Shown piece after piece: positions 28,041-38,769 of a stretch of 64,000 bases of DNA. Below the pieces are notes generated by a model. The model did not search any database. It saw nothing but the letters and a program-made list of their open reading frames with translations, and was not told the DNA's origin. The position numbers and the translations under genes are program-made. This DNA is from Candidatus Magasanikiibacteriota bacterium (lineage in GTDB: Bacteria > Patescibacteriota > Patescibacteriia > Magasanikbacterales > UBA922), in assembly GCA_041665025.1 (NCBI GenBank), contig JBAYJP010000006.1, positions 5,440 through 69,439 on the forward strand. Reading direction: 5' to 3'. The number at the start of each line of letters is the position of its first letter. Positions within the stretch are counted from its first letter, which is position 1.

Positions 28041-28597
28041 AAGGTTTTTTCATTTTCAGACGATGTATTATCAGACTCCTGTTCTAAATGTGCATGATGA
28101 CGCAATGCGTCATAATCGGGAAGCTCTTTAACCTCCGAAATGCCCAAGAAACGCAATGCATCGATAGATAATTCGTATGTGGAAAGGACACTTTCCTTTT
28201 GTTCTTTTTCCTCCACCAAACCGCGCATGAGCAAATTACGTAAAATAATAGAACAATTAACACCACGAATTTCTTCAAGTTCAGGACGCGTCATCGGACC
28301 ACGATAGGCGACAACCGTAAGTGTTTCCAACTGTGCACGCGTTAATTCCCCTACTATTTCATTCTTGGTAAATTGTTCTACAGATGACGTATATAACGGG
28401 TTAGTAATCATTTGTACTGTCTCACCAGAACGCACAACCCACAAACCACGCTCATTTGAATATATATGTATGAGATCCTGTACCACCTGCTCAACTTCTT
28501 CGTCTGAAACAGATAACGCCTTTGCAATTTTTTGTATAGACAAAGGCTTTGACGCAACAAAGAGAATAGATTCAACAATAGAAACAAAATTATTCAT
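28037..28597 (-). CDS. scpB: SMC-ScpAB subunit ScpB
   Basis: VESILF, LTRAQLETLTVVAYRGPMTRPELEEIRGVN. Confidence 0.95.
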   Translation of the reverse strand: MNNFVSIVESILFVASKPLSIQKIAKALSVSDEEVEQVVQDLIHIYSNERGLWVVRSGETVQMITNPLYTSSVEQFTKNEIVGELTRAQLETLTVVAYRGPMTRPELEEIRGVNCSIILRNLLMRGLVEEKEQKESVLSTYELSIDALRFLGISEVKELPDYDALRHHAHLEQESDNTSSENEKTL

Positions 28598-28607
28598 AAA
28601 GAATAAA

Positions 28608-28721
28608 AAATTATTCTAATTATACTAACTATTCTAATTATTCTAAACAAATTCTAATTTCAAAAAATAATTTGTGTATTCCTTAGGTCAATTAGAATAA
28701 TTAGCACAATTAGAACAATTG
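28608..28721. repeat. Inverted 9-mer array (AATTATTCT family)
   Basis: aattattctaattatactaactattct...ttagaataattagcacaattagaacaatt. Confidence 0.75.
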
Positions 28722-29417
28722 TCAGATACCTTTAATAACAATATTCCCAAAGCTCGCATCCTGTTCAACATAGACCATCTTTTGTTTTACCAGCTCGAGC
28801 AAGGCGAGAAAACTTATGATTATTTCTGTGCGCGATGTAGTATCTGCAAGCAATTCATTGAAACTCAATGTCTTTCTTTTTGAAATAAGTGATCGTAATA
28901 TGTCAACTTTTTCTTTCAATGAAACAGTCTTGTCAATACGCGTCTCAGGCAATGGTTTGGGAGGCGCAAGTCGCGACACCAATTGTACCATACTTTCATA
29001 TAGCGCGTCAGTGGACAAATTATCAGGTTTCACTAATTCCTTTGGGGGAGACAGGGGTTCAATACGCTCATATCCTTTGTCTGGAGAAAGCCACATCTCA
29101 TTTAATTTTTTACTTACTGCTACAAAATGCCGATACAGACGCAATTGTTCCTCAAGCGACATCCCTTCTTCGTCTGGCTGACCTATTTCTGGCAACAGCG
29201 TCTTTGATTTGAGCAAAAGCAATTTTGCGGCAATAACCAAAAAATCAGCTAAATCATGAGGGTTTATCTCTTCCAAAGAATCAAGATATATCAAATATTG
29301 TTCGGTAACGGCAGAAAGCGAAATCTCGCTCAACTCCATTTTTTCTTGTTCAATAAGAGAAAGCAAGAGATCCAAAGGACCTTCAAATTTTCTACTTTTA
29401 AAACTAATTGCGTTCAT
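28722..29417 (-). CDS. scpA: SMC-ScpAB subunit ScpA
   Basis: FEGPLDLLLSLI, ADFLVIAAKLLLLKSKTLLP, FLALLELVK. Confidence 0.95.
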   Translation of the reverse strand: MNAISFKSRKFEGPLDLLLSLIEQEKMELSEISLSAVTEQYLIYLDSLEEINPHDLADFLVIAAKLLLLKSKTLLPEIGQPDEEGMSLEEQLRLYRHFVAVSKKLNEMWLSPDKGYERIEPLSPPKELVKPDNLSTDALYESMVQLVSRLAPPKPLPETRIDKTVSLKEKVDILRSLISKRKTLSFNELLADTTSRTEIIISFLALLELVKQKMVYVEQDASFGNIVIKGI

Positions 29418-30150
29418 ACACTCCTTGTTTATCATTGCGATAAATAGTTATGACATCTTTTATAATCTGCAAACCATGGCGCAATGCCGATACTCCCCCG
29501 CGCGTATTGCATGGTTGCTTCAATGCAACAGGAATTTGGAGTATATCCACGTTATTGCGGATTGCGATAATAAATAATTCAACATCAAAAACCCACCGGT
29601 ATGTCTTTATGTTTGAAAACAAAATATGTGCCGCCTCCCGCGTAAATATTTTCAATCCGCACTGTGTGTCTTCGTACGCACGCACCTCTCTTGGTAATAT
29701 GAGATGAAAAATTTTGGTAAAAAAACCACGGTATCTATTATACTGCGGATGAAGTGTTTTGACTATATGCCTGTTGCCTACAATCATACCAATTTCTTTG
29801 TCTTGCAACAACATCATACTGTCTTTCAAAACTTCTAAACCGTAGGGTAACTCTACATCAGTAAAAGCAACAAGACCATTTGGATGAACATGTTCAAACG
29901 CAAACTTAATAGCATGACCTTTTCCTTTATTTTCTCTATAGCCTAAAATTTTGAATTTAAAACTTTTATTTTGAGTATAATCTTCCATGCGTTTTCGCGT
30001 TTCATCGGTGCTTCCATCGTCCACAAATACAATGGTATCAATAAAATTATTCTGAACACAAAAAGTATGCAATTCATTGCACGTCTTTTCAATATACTGC
30101 TCGCCATTGTAGACCGGAATAATAAGGGTCAAAATTTGTGGGAATTGCAT
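29404..30150 (-). CDS. GT2 glycosyltransferase (dolichol-phosphate glucosyl/mannosyltransferase-like)
   Basis: IIPVYN, VDDGSTD, NKGKG, FTDVE, DTQCGLK, FDVE. Confidence 0.9.
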   Translation of the reverse strand: MQFPQILTLIIPVYNGEQYIEKTCNELHTFCVQNNFIDTIVFVDDGSTDETRKRMEDYTQNKSFKFKILGYRENKGKGHAIKFAFEHVHPNGLVAFTDVELPYGLEVLKDSMMLLQDKEIGMIVGNRHIVKTLHPQYNRYRGFFTKIFHLILPREVRAYEDTQCGLKIFTREAAHILFSNIKTYRWVFDVELFIIAIRNNVDILQIPVALKQPCNTRGGVSALRHGLQIIKDVITIYRNDKQGVYERN

Positions 30151-30187
30151 AAGAATATAGAAGAGTAAGTATAACACACATCGTTCA

Positions 30188-31846
30188 TCACTTCACCTCA
30201 AAAAAGTTCATCTTCTCTCCATCAAAAAAAGCTAAAATTATTTGCTTCTCCTGCTCTGTATATGTTTTTAAGACATCATCTCTAACATCAATAGTAATGC
30301 CCTCTCCCTTAAATCCCAATCGGACAAAATTCTCCATACTAAAATTTGCTAATTCATGTTTGTATGTCGCAAACCCAGTGAAAATACTTTTATCTAAATT
30401 ATTAATCGGCACAAGTTGATAGCTATATTCATTTTGTTCTAATGCGAGAATATTCTTACCCACTCTTGATTTGCCGAGTTCTGTATATAGCGGTATTCTC
30501 TCGCCAAGAAAGAAGCCTCTGTCTGAAGTCAAATACACTGCCTCTTTTATGGCGTTACGAAATACAGGAGCTCCAGCCACGTTGTCTGGCAACCCGACAA
30601 TAAGCGTATAGTAATTATTTTTAAAATTAAATGATCTAAAATCATCTAAAATCTGATCACGAACACGGGATGCGAGCGTATAATCATGTAATTTGGAAGG
30701 AATCTGATATAACAAAAATATACTTGCAACGGCAACAATACCCCATGTTATCCACTTTCCATATGTTACTCGTATGAATACTCCATACAAAACTACCCCT
30801 ACCCACATCACAAAAAATATAGATACAAAATATCCATACCGTTCACCTTCATTATTTACAGGGTTTAATTGCAAAGATAAAAATGGATAACTCAAAATAA
30901 CATATGCACCCAGTAAAAACCACGCTATTTTTCTATATTCTTTGTGCATTACAAAAATCATTATTCCCAAAATTGCCAGGATACTTAATACAAACAACAT
31001 ATCATGTCTAAAAAACCACTCCGAAACCGACTGCCTATATGGATAAGAAATAACATGTGAAGTTGCAATTTCTACAAAAGTTTTCAGCTTTGCAACAAGT
31101 CCTATTGATTCACCTTGCCCTGCGTAATACCCAAATACATACCCGACAATACGATAACGCAACCATACGAACAACAGGGTAAAAAGGCCAAAAGGCAACA
31201 AACGAATCACCAGGCGTTTGAACGTACCCAAAATTCCATCCCATCTGCCAAAGAAGCATTCCATAAGCAAGACAACGAATGGAAGCATAATGGCTGTTTC
31301 TTTGGTAAAGACTGACAGAACATACGCACATACAGAAACAAACAAAAGATTTTTTTTCTTGGTCTCAATAAATTCGTAATAAAAATATAATGCCAGAACC
31401 GCAAAGAACGTGGCAAATACATGCGGTTGTACGGCAATCCACGATACGGACTCAATATGGCCGGGCAATATAATAAACAGAACACTAGAAATAAAACCTA
31501 TTATTTTTGAATGAGACAATTTCGTTAACCACAGATATATAATAAAAGCCGTTAGTGTATACAAGATAAGTGACACCAAGTGGTAAAAAACAGCATTGAG
31601 ATGAAACAAAAGATACTCAATCGTAAACAACACATTCCACACAGGTCCATATGACCCTCCGGAGGCTTCGCCGACATTATTTGTATTGAAGTATTTCAAT
31701 ACTGAATCCTGAAGTGATGTAATATACAAAAAATGATAATCATCGCTCAGAAAGCCGAAAAATAATGAACGGTAATATAAACTAAAAACAACTCCCAGAA
31801 GGAGGAGAAAGACAAGGATATTTTTTCGGGTTGAAGTCATGTGCAT
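30188..31846 (-). CDS. Multi-pass GT-C-like membrane glycosyltransferase
   Basis: SDD in the first loop, HIESVSWI, TKETA and ERY; many TM helices. Confidence 0.75.
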   Translation of the reverse strand: MHMTSTRKNILVFLLLLGVVFSLYYRSLFFGFLSDDYHFLYITSLQDSVLKYFNTNNVGEASGGSYGPVWNVLFTIEYLLFHLNAVFYHLVSLILYTLTAFIIYLWLTKLSHSKIIGFISSVLFIILPGHIESVSWIAVQPHVFATFFAVLALYFYYEFIETKKKNLLFVSVCAYVLSVFTKETAIMLPFVVLLMECFFGRWDGILGTFKRLVIRLLPFGLFTLLFVWLRYRIVGYVFGYYAGQGESIGLVAKLKTFVEIATSHVISYPYRQSVSEWFFRHDMLFVLSILAILGIMIFVMHKEYRKIAWFLLGAYVILSYPFLSLQLNPVNNEGERYGYFVSIFFVMWVGVVLYGVFIRVTYGKWITWGIVAVASIFLLYQIPSKLHDYTLASRVRDQILDDFRSFNFKNNYYTLIVGLPDNVAGAPVFRNAIKEAVYLTSDRGFFLGERIPLYTELGKSRVGKNILALEQNEYSYQLVPINNLDKSIFTGFATYKHELANFSMENFVRLGFKGEGITIDVRDDVLKTYTEQEKQIILAFFDGEKMNFFEVK

Positions 31847-31849
31847 GCA

Positions 31850-32152
31850 TTAACGACGAAACGGTAATTTCCGCTGTCGTCGCTGATATATTTCTTTCAC
31901 TATCTTCGCACCCACCAGGGTTAGCCCCACATGCGTGATAAACCATTTGTGCGGCGTTCGCCTACCAAATCCGGTCAGAAGCTCTCTGTCGATTAGGCGT
32001 TCGATGCTTTGGGTAATAATGTGTTCTAGGTATTCTTGTTTGGGTTTTTTATTTTGAGTTTCGTAAAATGTCCGAAATATTTTTCGATCTACGCGCCCTC
32101 CCTTTTGTGATAACTCAAGCAAAATATATTCTTGTAAGCGGGAAAGAAGCAT
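31850..32152 (-). CDS. Small basic hypothetical protein (winged-helix-like)
   Basis: 100-aa ORF in operon; LSRLQEYIL...ITQSIERLIDRELL. Confidence 0.7.
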   Translation of the reverse strand: MLLSRLQEYILLELSQKGGRVDRKIFRTFYETQNKKPKQEYLEHIITQSIERLIDRELLTGFGRRTPHKWFITHVGLTLVGAKIVKEIYQRRQRKLPFRR

Positions 32153-32195
32153 ATGAAACCAACAACGAAATTTACTGCACCAAATGGCTTTTAAT

Positions 32196-32741
32196 TTAAT
32201 TATCTTCTTTCAATATAGGTGGTTCATTATCTTCATGCACAACGCCTTGTCGAAGTAATCCGGGGTGCACTCGTTCAGCCATATCTATAAACCTCTCTTT
32301 TTCTGACACTTGTAATCCCGCTAACACCTCAGCAGGAATTTGCTGTCCTCCCGGGTAAACAGATGAATATGCGATTTTCGCACTTAAAATTTCAGCAAGA
32401 TCAGCATCTGTTGCAGGCCTTAAACTTTGCGGAAGAGGTTCGCCACTTTCAAAGTAAGGTACGGAAGCACCACCTCCAAGACCATATTGGAAGCGTCGTT
32501 CCCCGTCAATGACCGCACCTGGCTTTGTACTGGTTATTCCTTGCCACGCGCCATCCGGCGTAGAAGGGCTGACAACTAGTTCCTTCTTCACCCTATCTGC
32601 AGAGTTTGTTACTGTATTTATATACAAGCTACCAGGGACAAATTCCCTTTTACCGAGTTCCGTCTTAGCGCGATCCTCCTGTACAGGTACTGAAAACCCA
32701 GATACTTCTGCGCCATGACGTAATATTTCTGATTCATTCAT
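32196..32741 (-). CDS. Hypothetical protein
   Basis: 181-aa ORF co-oriented downstream of aspS. Confidence 0.6.
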   Translation of the reverse strand: MNESEILRHGAEVSGFSVPVQEDRAKTELGKREFVPGSLYINTVTNSADRVKKELVVSPSTPDGAWQGITSTKPGAVIDGERRFQYGLGGGASVPYFESGEPLPQSLRPATDADLAEILSAKIAYSSVYPGGQQIPAEVLAGLQVSEKERFIDMAERVHPGLLRQGVVHEDNEPPILKEDN

Positions 32742-32778
32742 AAGAAATTTGATTAAAACAAATTAAATATTAAAACTC

Positions 32779-34551
32779 TTATTTTCTATCTATAATCTTC
32801 AGTCCCAGTTCACCAAGCTGTTTTTTATCAACTTCAGATGGGCTTCCCATCATCGGCTCTTGTGCTTTTTGATTTTTGGGGAATGCGACAACAGCACGGA
32901 TATTCTTTTCGCCTTTCAAAACCATGGTAAGTCGTTCAATGCCCGGTGCAAAACCGCAGTGTGGAGGCGCACCGTATTCAAACGCGTCAATCATGTGTCC
33001 AAATTTTGCGTCAACATCTTTTTTGCTGTATCCGGCAATTTCAAATGCTTTGTACATTATTTTTGGATCCTTATTTCGAACCGCGCCAGAAGAAAGTTCA
33101 AATCCGTTGGCGATAATGTCGTATTGGTATGCGAGAATATCCAGAGGATCTCGGGTTTCAAGAGCTTTCATACCCCCTTGCGGCATTGAGAATGGATTGT
33201 GTCCAAAGTCTATTTTTTTCTGATCATCATTGTATTCATACATGGGAAAGTCCACAATCCACGCCCACGCAATCACACTTTCATCAATCAAATGTAATTT
33301 ATTGGCTGCAAGTTCTCGTACTGGTCCTAGTGATTTGCATGATACATCCCATCTATCTGCAGAGAAAAATAATATGGCATTACCAAACTTAGATAATGTA
33401 GCTAACTCGGTCAACTTAGATAGCTTTTTATCGTCAAAAAATTTACTCACTCCCCCATCAAATTTTCCATCTGTATATTTCATCCACGCCAATCCTTTGG
33501 CCCCGGTGCGTTTTGCTTTATCAGTAAATTCGTCATCAATTTCTTTTCGGGTAAACACGTCCCCACCTGGTACGACAAGCACGCGCACATAAGGTGCTTG
33601 TTTGAATACATTGAAATCTGAAGAATGTGCCCAGTCGGTAACATCGGTTAATTTCAAATCATAACGCAAATCCGGCCTATCACTGCCATATTCTTCCATA
33701 ACTTGTTTGAAGGGAATGCGTGGGAATGGTGTTTTCAATACTTTTTTTCCTGCAAGCTTCTCGGTCAATTCTACAAACAATGGTTCAACTACATCAAAAA
33801 ATTCATCCTGAGTAAGAAAACTTGTCTCCACATCAAGCTGATAAAATTCTCCTGGAGAACGGTCTGCACGTGCGTCCTCGTCGCGCATACACGCCGCTAT
33901 TTGGTAATACCTGTCAAACCCCGCAACCATTAATAATTGCTTGTATTGTTGAGGAGCTTGTGGCAAAGCATAAAATTTTCCTGGATGGAGTCGTGACGGC
34001 ACAAGAAAATCACGAGCGCCTTCGGGAGAAGACACAGTTAAAATGGGTGTAGCAATATCTACAAAATTTCTATCTTCCATGAATTTGCGAATGTGCTGTA
34101 CGACTTTTGCGCGAAATAAAATATTGTCTCTCAATTTTTCACGGCGCAATTCCAAATAACGGTATTTGAGGCGCAGTTCTTCGTCTTCTTCTTCTTTGTG
34201 CGCGTCAAAAATTTCAAATGGCAATGTCTTTGCTTCGCTTAATATTTCGATCTCGTTTGCAATTATTTCAATCTCACCTGTAGATAATTTATTATTCACG
34301 CTTTTTGCCTCTCGCTCACCTACTTCGCCCTCAACTCTAATAACATATTCATATTTCAGTTTTTCTACAACATCAAAATGTTTCACCGTGTCGGGATGAA
34401 ATACGACTTGGGTCAAGCCATATTTGTCACGCAGGTCTACAAACACAAGTCCGCCTAAATCACGCCGTTTGTGCACCCAGCCGGATAACATTACCTTTTT
34501 TCCAACATGTTTTTTGGTTAATTCACCACAGGTGTGTGTACGATAGGTCAT
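32779..34551 (-). CDS. aspS: Aspartate--tRNA ligase
   Basis: YRTHTCG, RRDLGG, PEGARDF, LPQAPQQYKQ, GAD insert, GAPPHCG, FPK. Confidence 0.97.
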   Translation of the reverse strand: MTYRTHTCGELTKKHVGKKVMLSGWVHKRRDLGGLVFVDLRDKYGLTQVVFHPDTVKHFDVVEKLKYEYVIRVEGEVGEREAKSVNNKLSTGEIEIIANEIEILSEAKTLPFEIFDAHKEEEDEELRLKYRYLELRREKLRDNILFRAKVVQHIRKFMEDRNFVDIATPILTVSSPEGARDFLVPSRLHPGKFYALPQAPQQYKQLLMVAGFDRYYQIAACMRDEDARADRSPGEFYQLDVETSFLTQDEFFDVVEPLFVELTEKLAGKKVLKTPFPRIPFKQVMEEYGSDRPDLRYDLKLTDVTDWAHSSDFNVFKQAPYVRVLVVPGGDVFTRKEIDDEFTDKAKRTGAKGLAWMKYTDGKFDGGVSKFFDDKKLSKLTELATLSKFGNAILFFSADRWDVSCKSLGPVRELAANKLHLIDESVIAWAWIVDFPMYEYNDDQKKIDFGHNPFSMPQGGMKALETRDPLDILAYQYDIIANGFELSSGAVRNKDPKIMYKAFEIAGYSKKDVDAKFGHMIDAFEYGAPPHCGFAPGIERLTMVLKGEKNIRAVVAFPKNQKAQEPMMGSPSEVDKKQLGELGLKIIDRK

Positions 34552-34576
34552 ATTTTTTTGCTTAAATTACGTACGT

Positions 34577-34605
34577 ATCTTAGCAAAAAAACCTTGGTAA
34601 GACAA
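34577..34605 (-). promoter_or_regulatory. Sigma70 promoter of aspS
   Basis: TTGTCT-17-(TGc)TAAGAT. Confidence 0.55.
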
Positions 34606-34654
34606 GGGTGATAATAGGTTATCCCGAAGACTTAATCTCTGCCCCTCTGAGTTT

Positions 34655-34802
34655 GTTCGAGCAACCCACCCTTAATCCCTCCTTTAAAAAGGGAGGGAAA
34701 GACGATTTAACAAACTCCTCCTCCCTTTTTAAGGGAGGAGGTTGGGAGGTGGGTTGCACGGACAATGCAAGGGAAAATAAAAAGAAGATAGGTTGCTCGA
34801 AC
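34655..34802. repeat. REPIN-like element (CCCTCCT-N-GGGAGGG pair) with outer inverted repeats
   Basis: gcaacccacc...ggtgggttgc encloses two palindromes; outer arms gttcgagcaacc / ggttgctcgaac. Confidence 0.75.
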
Positions 34803-34816
34803 TGTTAACCCAAGAC

Positions 34817-37800
34817 TCAAAACGGAAACAACTCCGCCGGATGCCAATTTTTTAATCCCTGATGAAAAAACATATCAGCAAAACTATCAGCCGACATGTT
34901 ATTATGAGAAAATATGTAATCGCCTTCTGCATGCACAGCAAAATCCATTCTGTTGAACTGCACCGCATCCAAATTCAATGAACCTCCATCAAAATATATA
35001 CCATTGTCATACCATGATGAATATATTTTATCATATGGCTCATCCCAGCCTATCGAACTGTTTGAAATATTCAACTGGCTATTTTTTGCATATATATTTC
35101 CTCCTGGCCGTCGAGAATTTGATATTTCGACTCCATTTAAAATGACTTCTGAATCTCGCAACCACAATGCTGCGCTCTCCGGCGCGCCTACTATTGGATA
35201 TGATGAAACATTTGGAAATGATCCTCCTCTTATTATATCTACATGATTTAACTGTGATATTGAATTATTAAAATATATTCCTCCAAACCAACTATTATCT
35301 GCTCCGGAAATAATCACAGGAAATTCAACTGTCCCTTGCGCGTTAAGCGTACCATCCACCGTCAATAGGCTATATGGAGTAAACAAAAGCGTTGCGCCAG
35401 GCATAAGAGTAAGTGTACTTGAAGCAGAGACTGTCGCGCTTGAAAAAATAAAAGGTGTTTGAGCTTGTATGGTTGTGTCATAGTCAAATACAACTGAACT
35501 GCCATACATTGCACTGGTTGAATTCCCTATAAATGTATTGCCTGAACTTGAATGAGGAAAATTTCCTGCAAAGACTGCAGGGTATGTATGGGGAAATATA
35601 AAATCAGAAAAAATTGAATTATTCACCATAGCATGTGGAACATCTTTTATATAAACACCCTGGTAACCTCCACTCAAATGTATATTCTCCAATGAAACTT
35701 GTCCGCCATTGCTCCATATATATGCATCATTATCAGACGTACGAGATCCCGCGTCATAACTATTGTGAACACTCACGTGATCTAAATCTAGAATTCCTCC
35801 GTCATTTCGTACAAGCTCCGAAACTGATTGGGATGTAGGAAAAAAGCGATTTCCGCCATAGTACATATCAGCATATTGGGCTTTAAATAAACCTCCGCTT
35901 TGCACGTGTATTCCCTGCCAGTCTCCTGCAGCAGGTTCACCTTCACATGAGGCAAGAGTCATAAATGCTTCACACACCTGTACTGTTTGAGGATCTCTAC
36001 GGGACGTCATAATAATATGATGGTCCTGCGCACCTGAAAAGATTAAAGAACCACTGACACTAAATCCTCCAGCATCAAATATGCTAATAATGTTTGAACC
36101 TTGTGCAAATTCAACTGTGTATCCCGTTGGAATAACTACATTATCAATAATATAAGGACTATGCTCTTTTGAAAATACTATGGTAGAAGTATTGGCAAGC
36201 AGATTATTATAATATAACGTAACATTACTTGGAATGTACCAATCTGTTTTGTTGTCTGACTCGGGACTTCCATATACGTCTCCACAATTATTGCTTCTAA
36301 CTCCATAACGCAGAGATTCACTCGTACGCCAATTCGTTGGCCAATTGCCAGGCAAAGCAGAATTCACGCGTTCCATAGGACGAAATACTCCTATTGATTG
36401 ACCACCAAACCAACCAGCTTGTTGATCTGTTTCATCTACAATATTACTTTCACTATCTTTTAACGTGAGATGCGCGCCGCTATCGGACAATGAAACACCT
36501 GGAGGAAATAAGGAGTTAGACTGTTTGCTTGTGATTACTTTTTCATTGCGCTCGACAAGATAATATCCATGTCCTGCAATACTGCCCGCAAGCGGCATAC
36601 TAAACTCTTCATTTTCATATTGTACCTGTAGGGTCCACCCGGATACATCCATAGGTACATCGCTCGGGTTATACAATTCAATCCATTCATCTTGCGCACA
36701 TTTGTTAATAGATGCCACACCCATCCACGCTATCTCATTTATAACCACTGTCTTTGGCCAGTCAACTGCTACGCTTTGATCTTCCCCACTCCACAAAGAC
36801 TCATTGCCTGCCTTATCATATGCTTTTACGCGCATATAATATGATACATAGCGATCTACGTCTGTCATTTCATAACTCGTACTTGTCGTGTGAGATAGGA
36901 GTTTCTGCCACTCTGAACCTGAACCATTTTTGTATTCAATATCAAAATATGCAATACCAGTCCCCGAGTCAGTACTTGTCCATTCACTGTGCAATGTAGG
37001 AGTAGCAAAATCACTTTGTACAAGCTGGACAATAGGCTGCGTTGGTGGCGTACTATCAAGATTGATAACAATATTTGCTCCGGATATTGGTTTCCCTTCT
37101 CCATCCTCAATATGCAATGAAAATACATTTTCACCTTCTGTCAAAACGACCTCTTTGCGCCATGTTGTGCTTGACGCGTATTCCACTCCGTCTGAACTGC
37201 CATTGATAAAAATCTTTTCAACACTCACTGATTTGTCACCTTCAAATGTAGTTGTTGCAGAATTGGTTATCCACGGCGTTTCAGTTGGGAATGAAATACT
37301 AAACCACGGCTCTTCTTCACCAGATTCTGCATTACTAGATTCCTGTGTAGAATCTGACGAAGAATTCGGCGTAGATGAGCCGCCCCCACCGCCATATGAA
37401 GGTGAAACAAATGGTGAAATAATAGTATGCACTACTTCTTCAACTTTTTCCTGAATAATTTTTATACCATGCACGATATCATCCAATGCTCTCTGGTCTT
37501 TTTCAACTATTGTTTCTGGTTTCCACTCCTCTTCAACTTTTTTATCTGCAATAGCTAGATTCAATCTATATATCTCATTTCCAATTTGTTCATATGTGCT
37601 GCCCGTGTATCTCACAATCATCAATTGTAATCCGTAATTCCCTACAACATCTGGAGTATGAACAATGAAGGAAAAAGACGCTGTTTGACCACTAATAACC
37701 ATAGCTTGGTCCATGAGTGCTGGACGCAAGCTTGTAAGCCAGGTCGCGTGTTTGAACTGTACGTTTTTTTCCACTCCCCCAATTACATTTAGAGAAACCT

Positions 37801-38764
37801 GATCAGACCTGTTCCACGCAGTCTTTCCTGTATTTTTTACACTGATTTTTAGTGCGACATCTTTGCCTGGTTCAGAAGTAATATGTTCTGGCGTATTCAA
37901 AATATCTGCATTATACACAGACAGATTGTTTGCTTCTTCTTTCTTCTCCTCCGGTTTTTGTTCTGGTATATTTTCTATTTTTTCTCCCTCAACGTTTTGT
38001 TGTTCTGAAGAAAAGAGTGAAGAAAAAAAGATTTTTACATTGTTCCAGAGAGAGGGCGACGGAGATTGAGATTGCGATTGAGAATTTTGGATTGGTTGGT
38101 TTTCCTGAACACCTAAATTTTTATTGAGTTCGATAAATTTGGATGGGGAGTAACGGTGAGGGGCGTAGCCGGTGGTGCCGGAGTAACCTTTACCGACGCC
38201 ACCTAAAATATCATCCTGAAAAGCTTTAGCATCTTTTACCTCAAAGTGTAGATGTGCATCATAAATACACAACTTAGCAACATCAGCTATGATATCTCCC
38301 TTCTTCACAATGTCTCCATCTTCTACTTTTATATTTGTTAAATGCCCGTAAAGACTATACACAACAGTAGGATTATTTTCAGTCGATGCGGTAATGATAG
38401 TACCATCGGAAGAAAAGACGTCAGGATTTACAACCTCATGCTTTATGATAACCACGCCTCCCCACCCGTGTGAATCTTCTACCTTTTTTCTAACACCATC
38501 GATTATTTCCACCTTATCACATAGTGCCCAGCGAACGCTTTTAACTACTTCGCCGTTAGCAATCGATTTTACCTGAGTACCCGCATCTACCGCAAAGTCC
38601 TCACCTAAGTGTCCCACATACTTATCTGTATATTTTGCGCCAAATCCGTTAGACAAATAATAATCACTAAGTGGCAATAGCATGCCACTGTCAACAACAG
38701 AAAATACTAAAACTGGAATAAAAACAAATAGACCAACAAAGAAAAATATATCCCTCCTAAACAT
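34817..38764 (-). CDS. Large secreted protein: M23 peptidase, Ig-like, FN3-like, lamin-tail and beta-helix domains
   Basis: N-terminal TM; HLGED, YGHL and HLHFEV (M23); YMRVKAYDKAGNES (FN3); VVINEIAW...EWIELYN (LTD); GDWQGI beta-helix repeats. Confidence 0.8.
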   Translation of the reverse strand: MFRRDIFFFVGLFVFIPVLVFSVVDSGMLLPLSDYYLSNGFGAKYTDKYVGHLGEDFAVDAGTQVKSIANGEVVKSVRWALCDKVEIIDGVRKKVEDSHGWGGVVIIKHEVVNPDVFSSDGTIITASTENNPTVVYSLYGHLTNIKVEDGDIVKKGDIIADVAKLCIYDAHLHFEVKDAKAFQDDILGGVGKGYSGTTGYAPHRYSPSKFIELNKNLGVQENQPIQNSQSQSQSPSPSLWNNVKIFFSSLFSSEQQNVEGEKIENIPEQKPEEKKEEANNLSVYNADILNTPEHITSEPGKDVALKISVKNTGKTAWNRSDQVSLNVIGGVEKNVQFKHATWLTSLRPALMDQAMVISGQTASFSFIVHTPDVVGNYGLQLMIVRYTGSTYEQIGNEIYRLNLAIADKKVEEEWKPETIVEKDQRALDDIVHGIKIIQEKVEEVVHTIISPFVSPSYGGGGGSSTPNSSSDSTQESSNAESGEEEPWFSISFPTETPWITNSATTTFEGDKSVSVEKIFINGSSDGVEYASSTTWRKEVVLTEGENVFSLHIEDGEGKPISGANIVINLDSTPPTQPIVQLVQSDFATPTLHSEWTSTDSGTGIAYFDIEYKNGSGSEWQKLLSHTTSTSYEMTDVDRYVSYYMRVKAYDKAGNESLWSGEDQSVAVDWPKTVVINEIAWMGVASINKCAQDEWIELYNPSDVPMDVSGWTLQVQYENEEFSMPLAGSIAGHGYYLVERNEKVITSKQSNSLFPPGVSLSDSGAHLTLKDSESNIVDETDQQAGWFGGQSIGVFRPMERVNSALPGNWPTNWRTSESLRYGVRSNNCGDVYGSPESDNKTDWYIPSNVTLYYNNLLANTSTIVFSKEHSPYIIDNVVIPTGYTVEFAQGSNIISIFDAGGFSVSGSLIFSGAQDHHIIMTSRRDPQTVQVCEAFMTLASCEGEPAAGDWQGIHVQSGGLFKAQYADMYYGGNRFFPTSQSVSELVRNDGGILDLDHVSVHNSYDAGSRTSDNDAYIWSNGGQVSLENIHLSGGYQGVYIKDVPHAMVNNSIFSDFIFPHTYPAVFAGNFPHSSSGNTFIGNSTSAMYGSSVVFDYDTTIQAQTPFIFSSATVSASSTLTLMPGATLLFTPYSLLTVDGTLNAQGTVEFPVIISGADNSWFGGIYFNNSISQLNHVDIIRGGSFPNVSSYPIVGAPESAALWLRDSEVILNGVEISNSRRPGGNIYAKNSQLNISNSSIGWDEPYDKIYSSWYDNGIYFDGGSLNLDAVQFNRMDFAVHAEGDYIFSHNNMSADSFADMFFHQGLKNWHPAELFPF

Positions 38765-38769
38765 ATATT

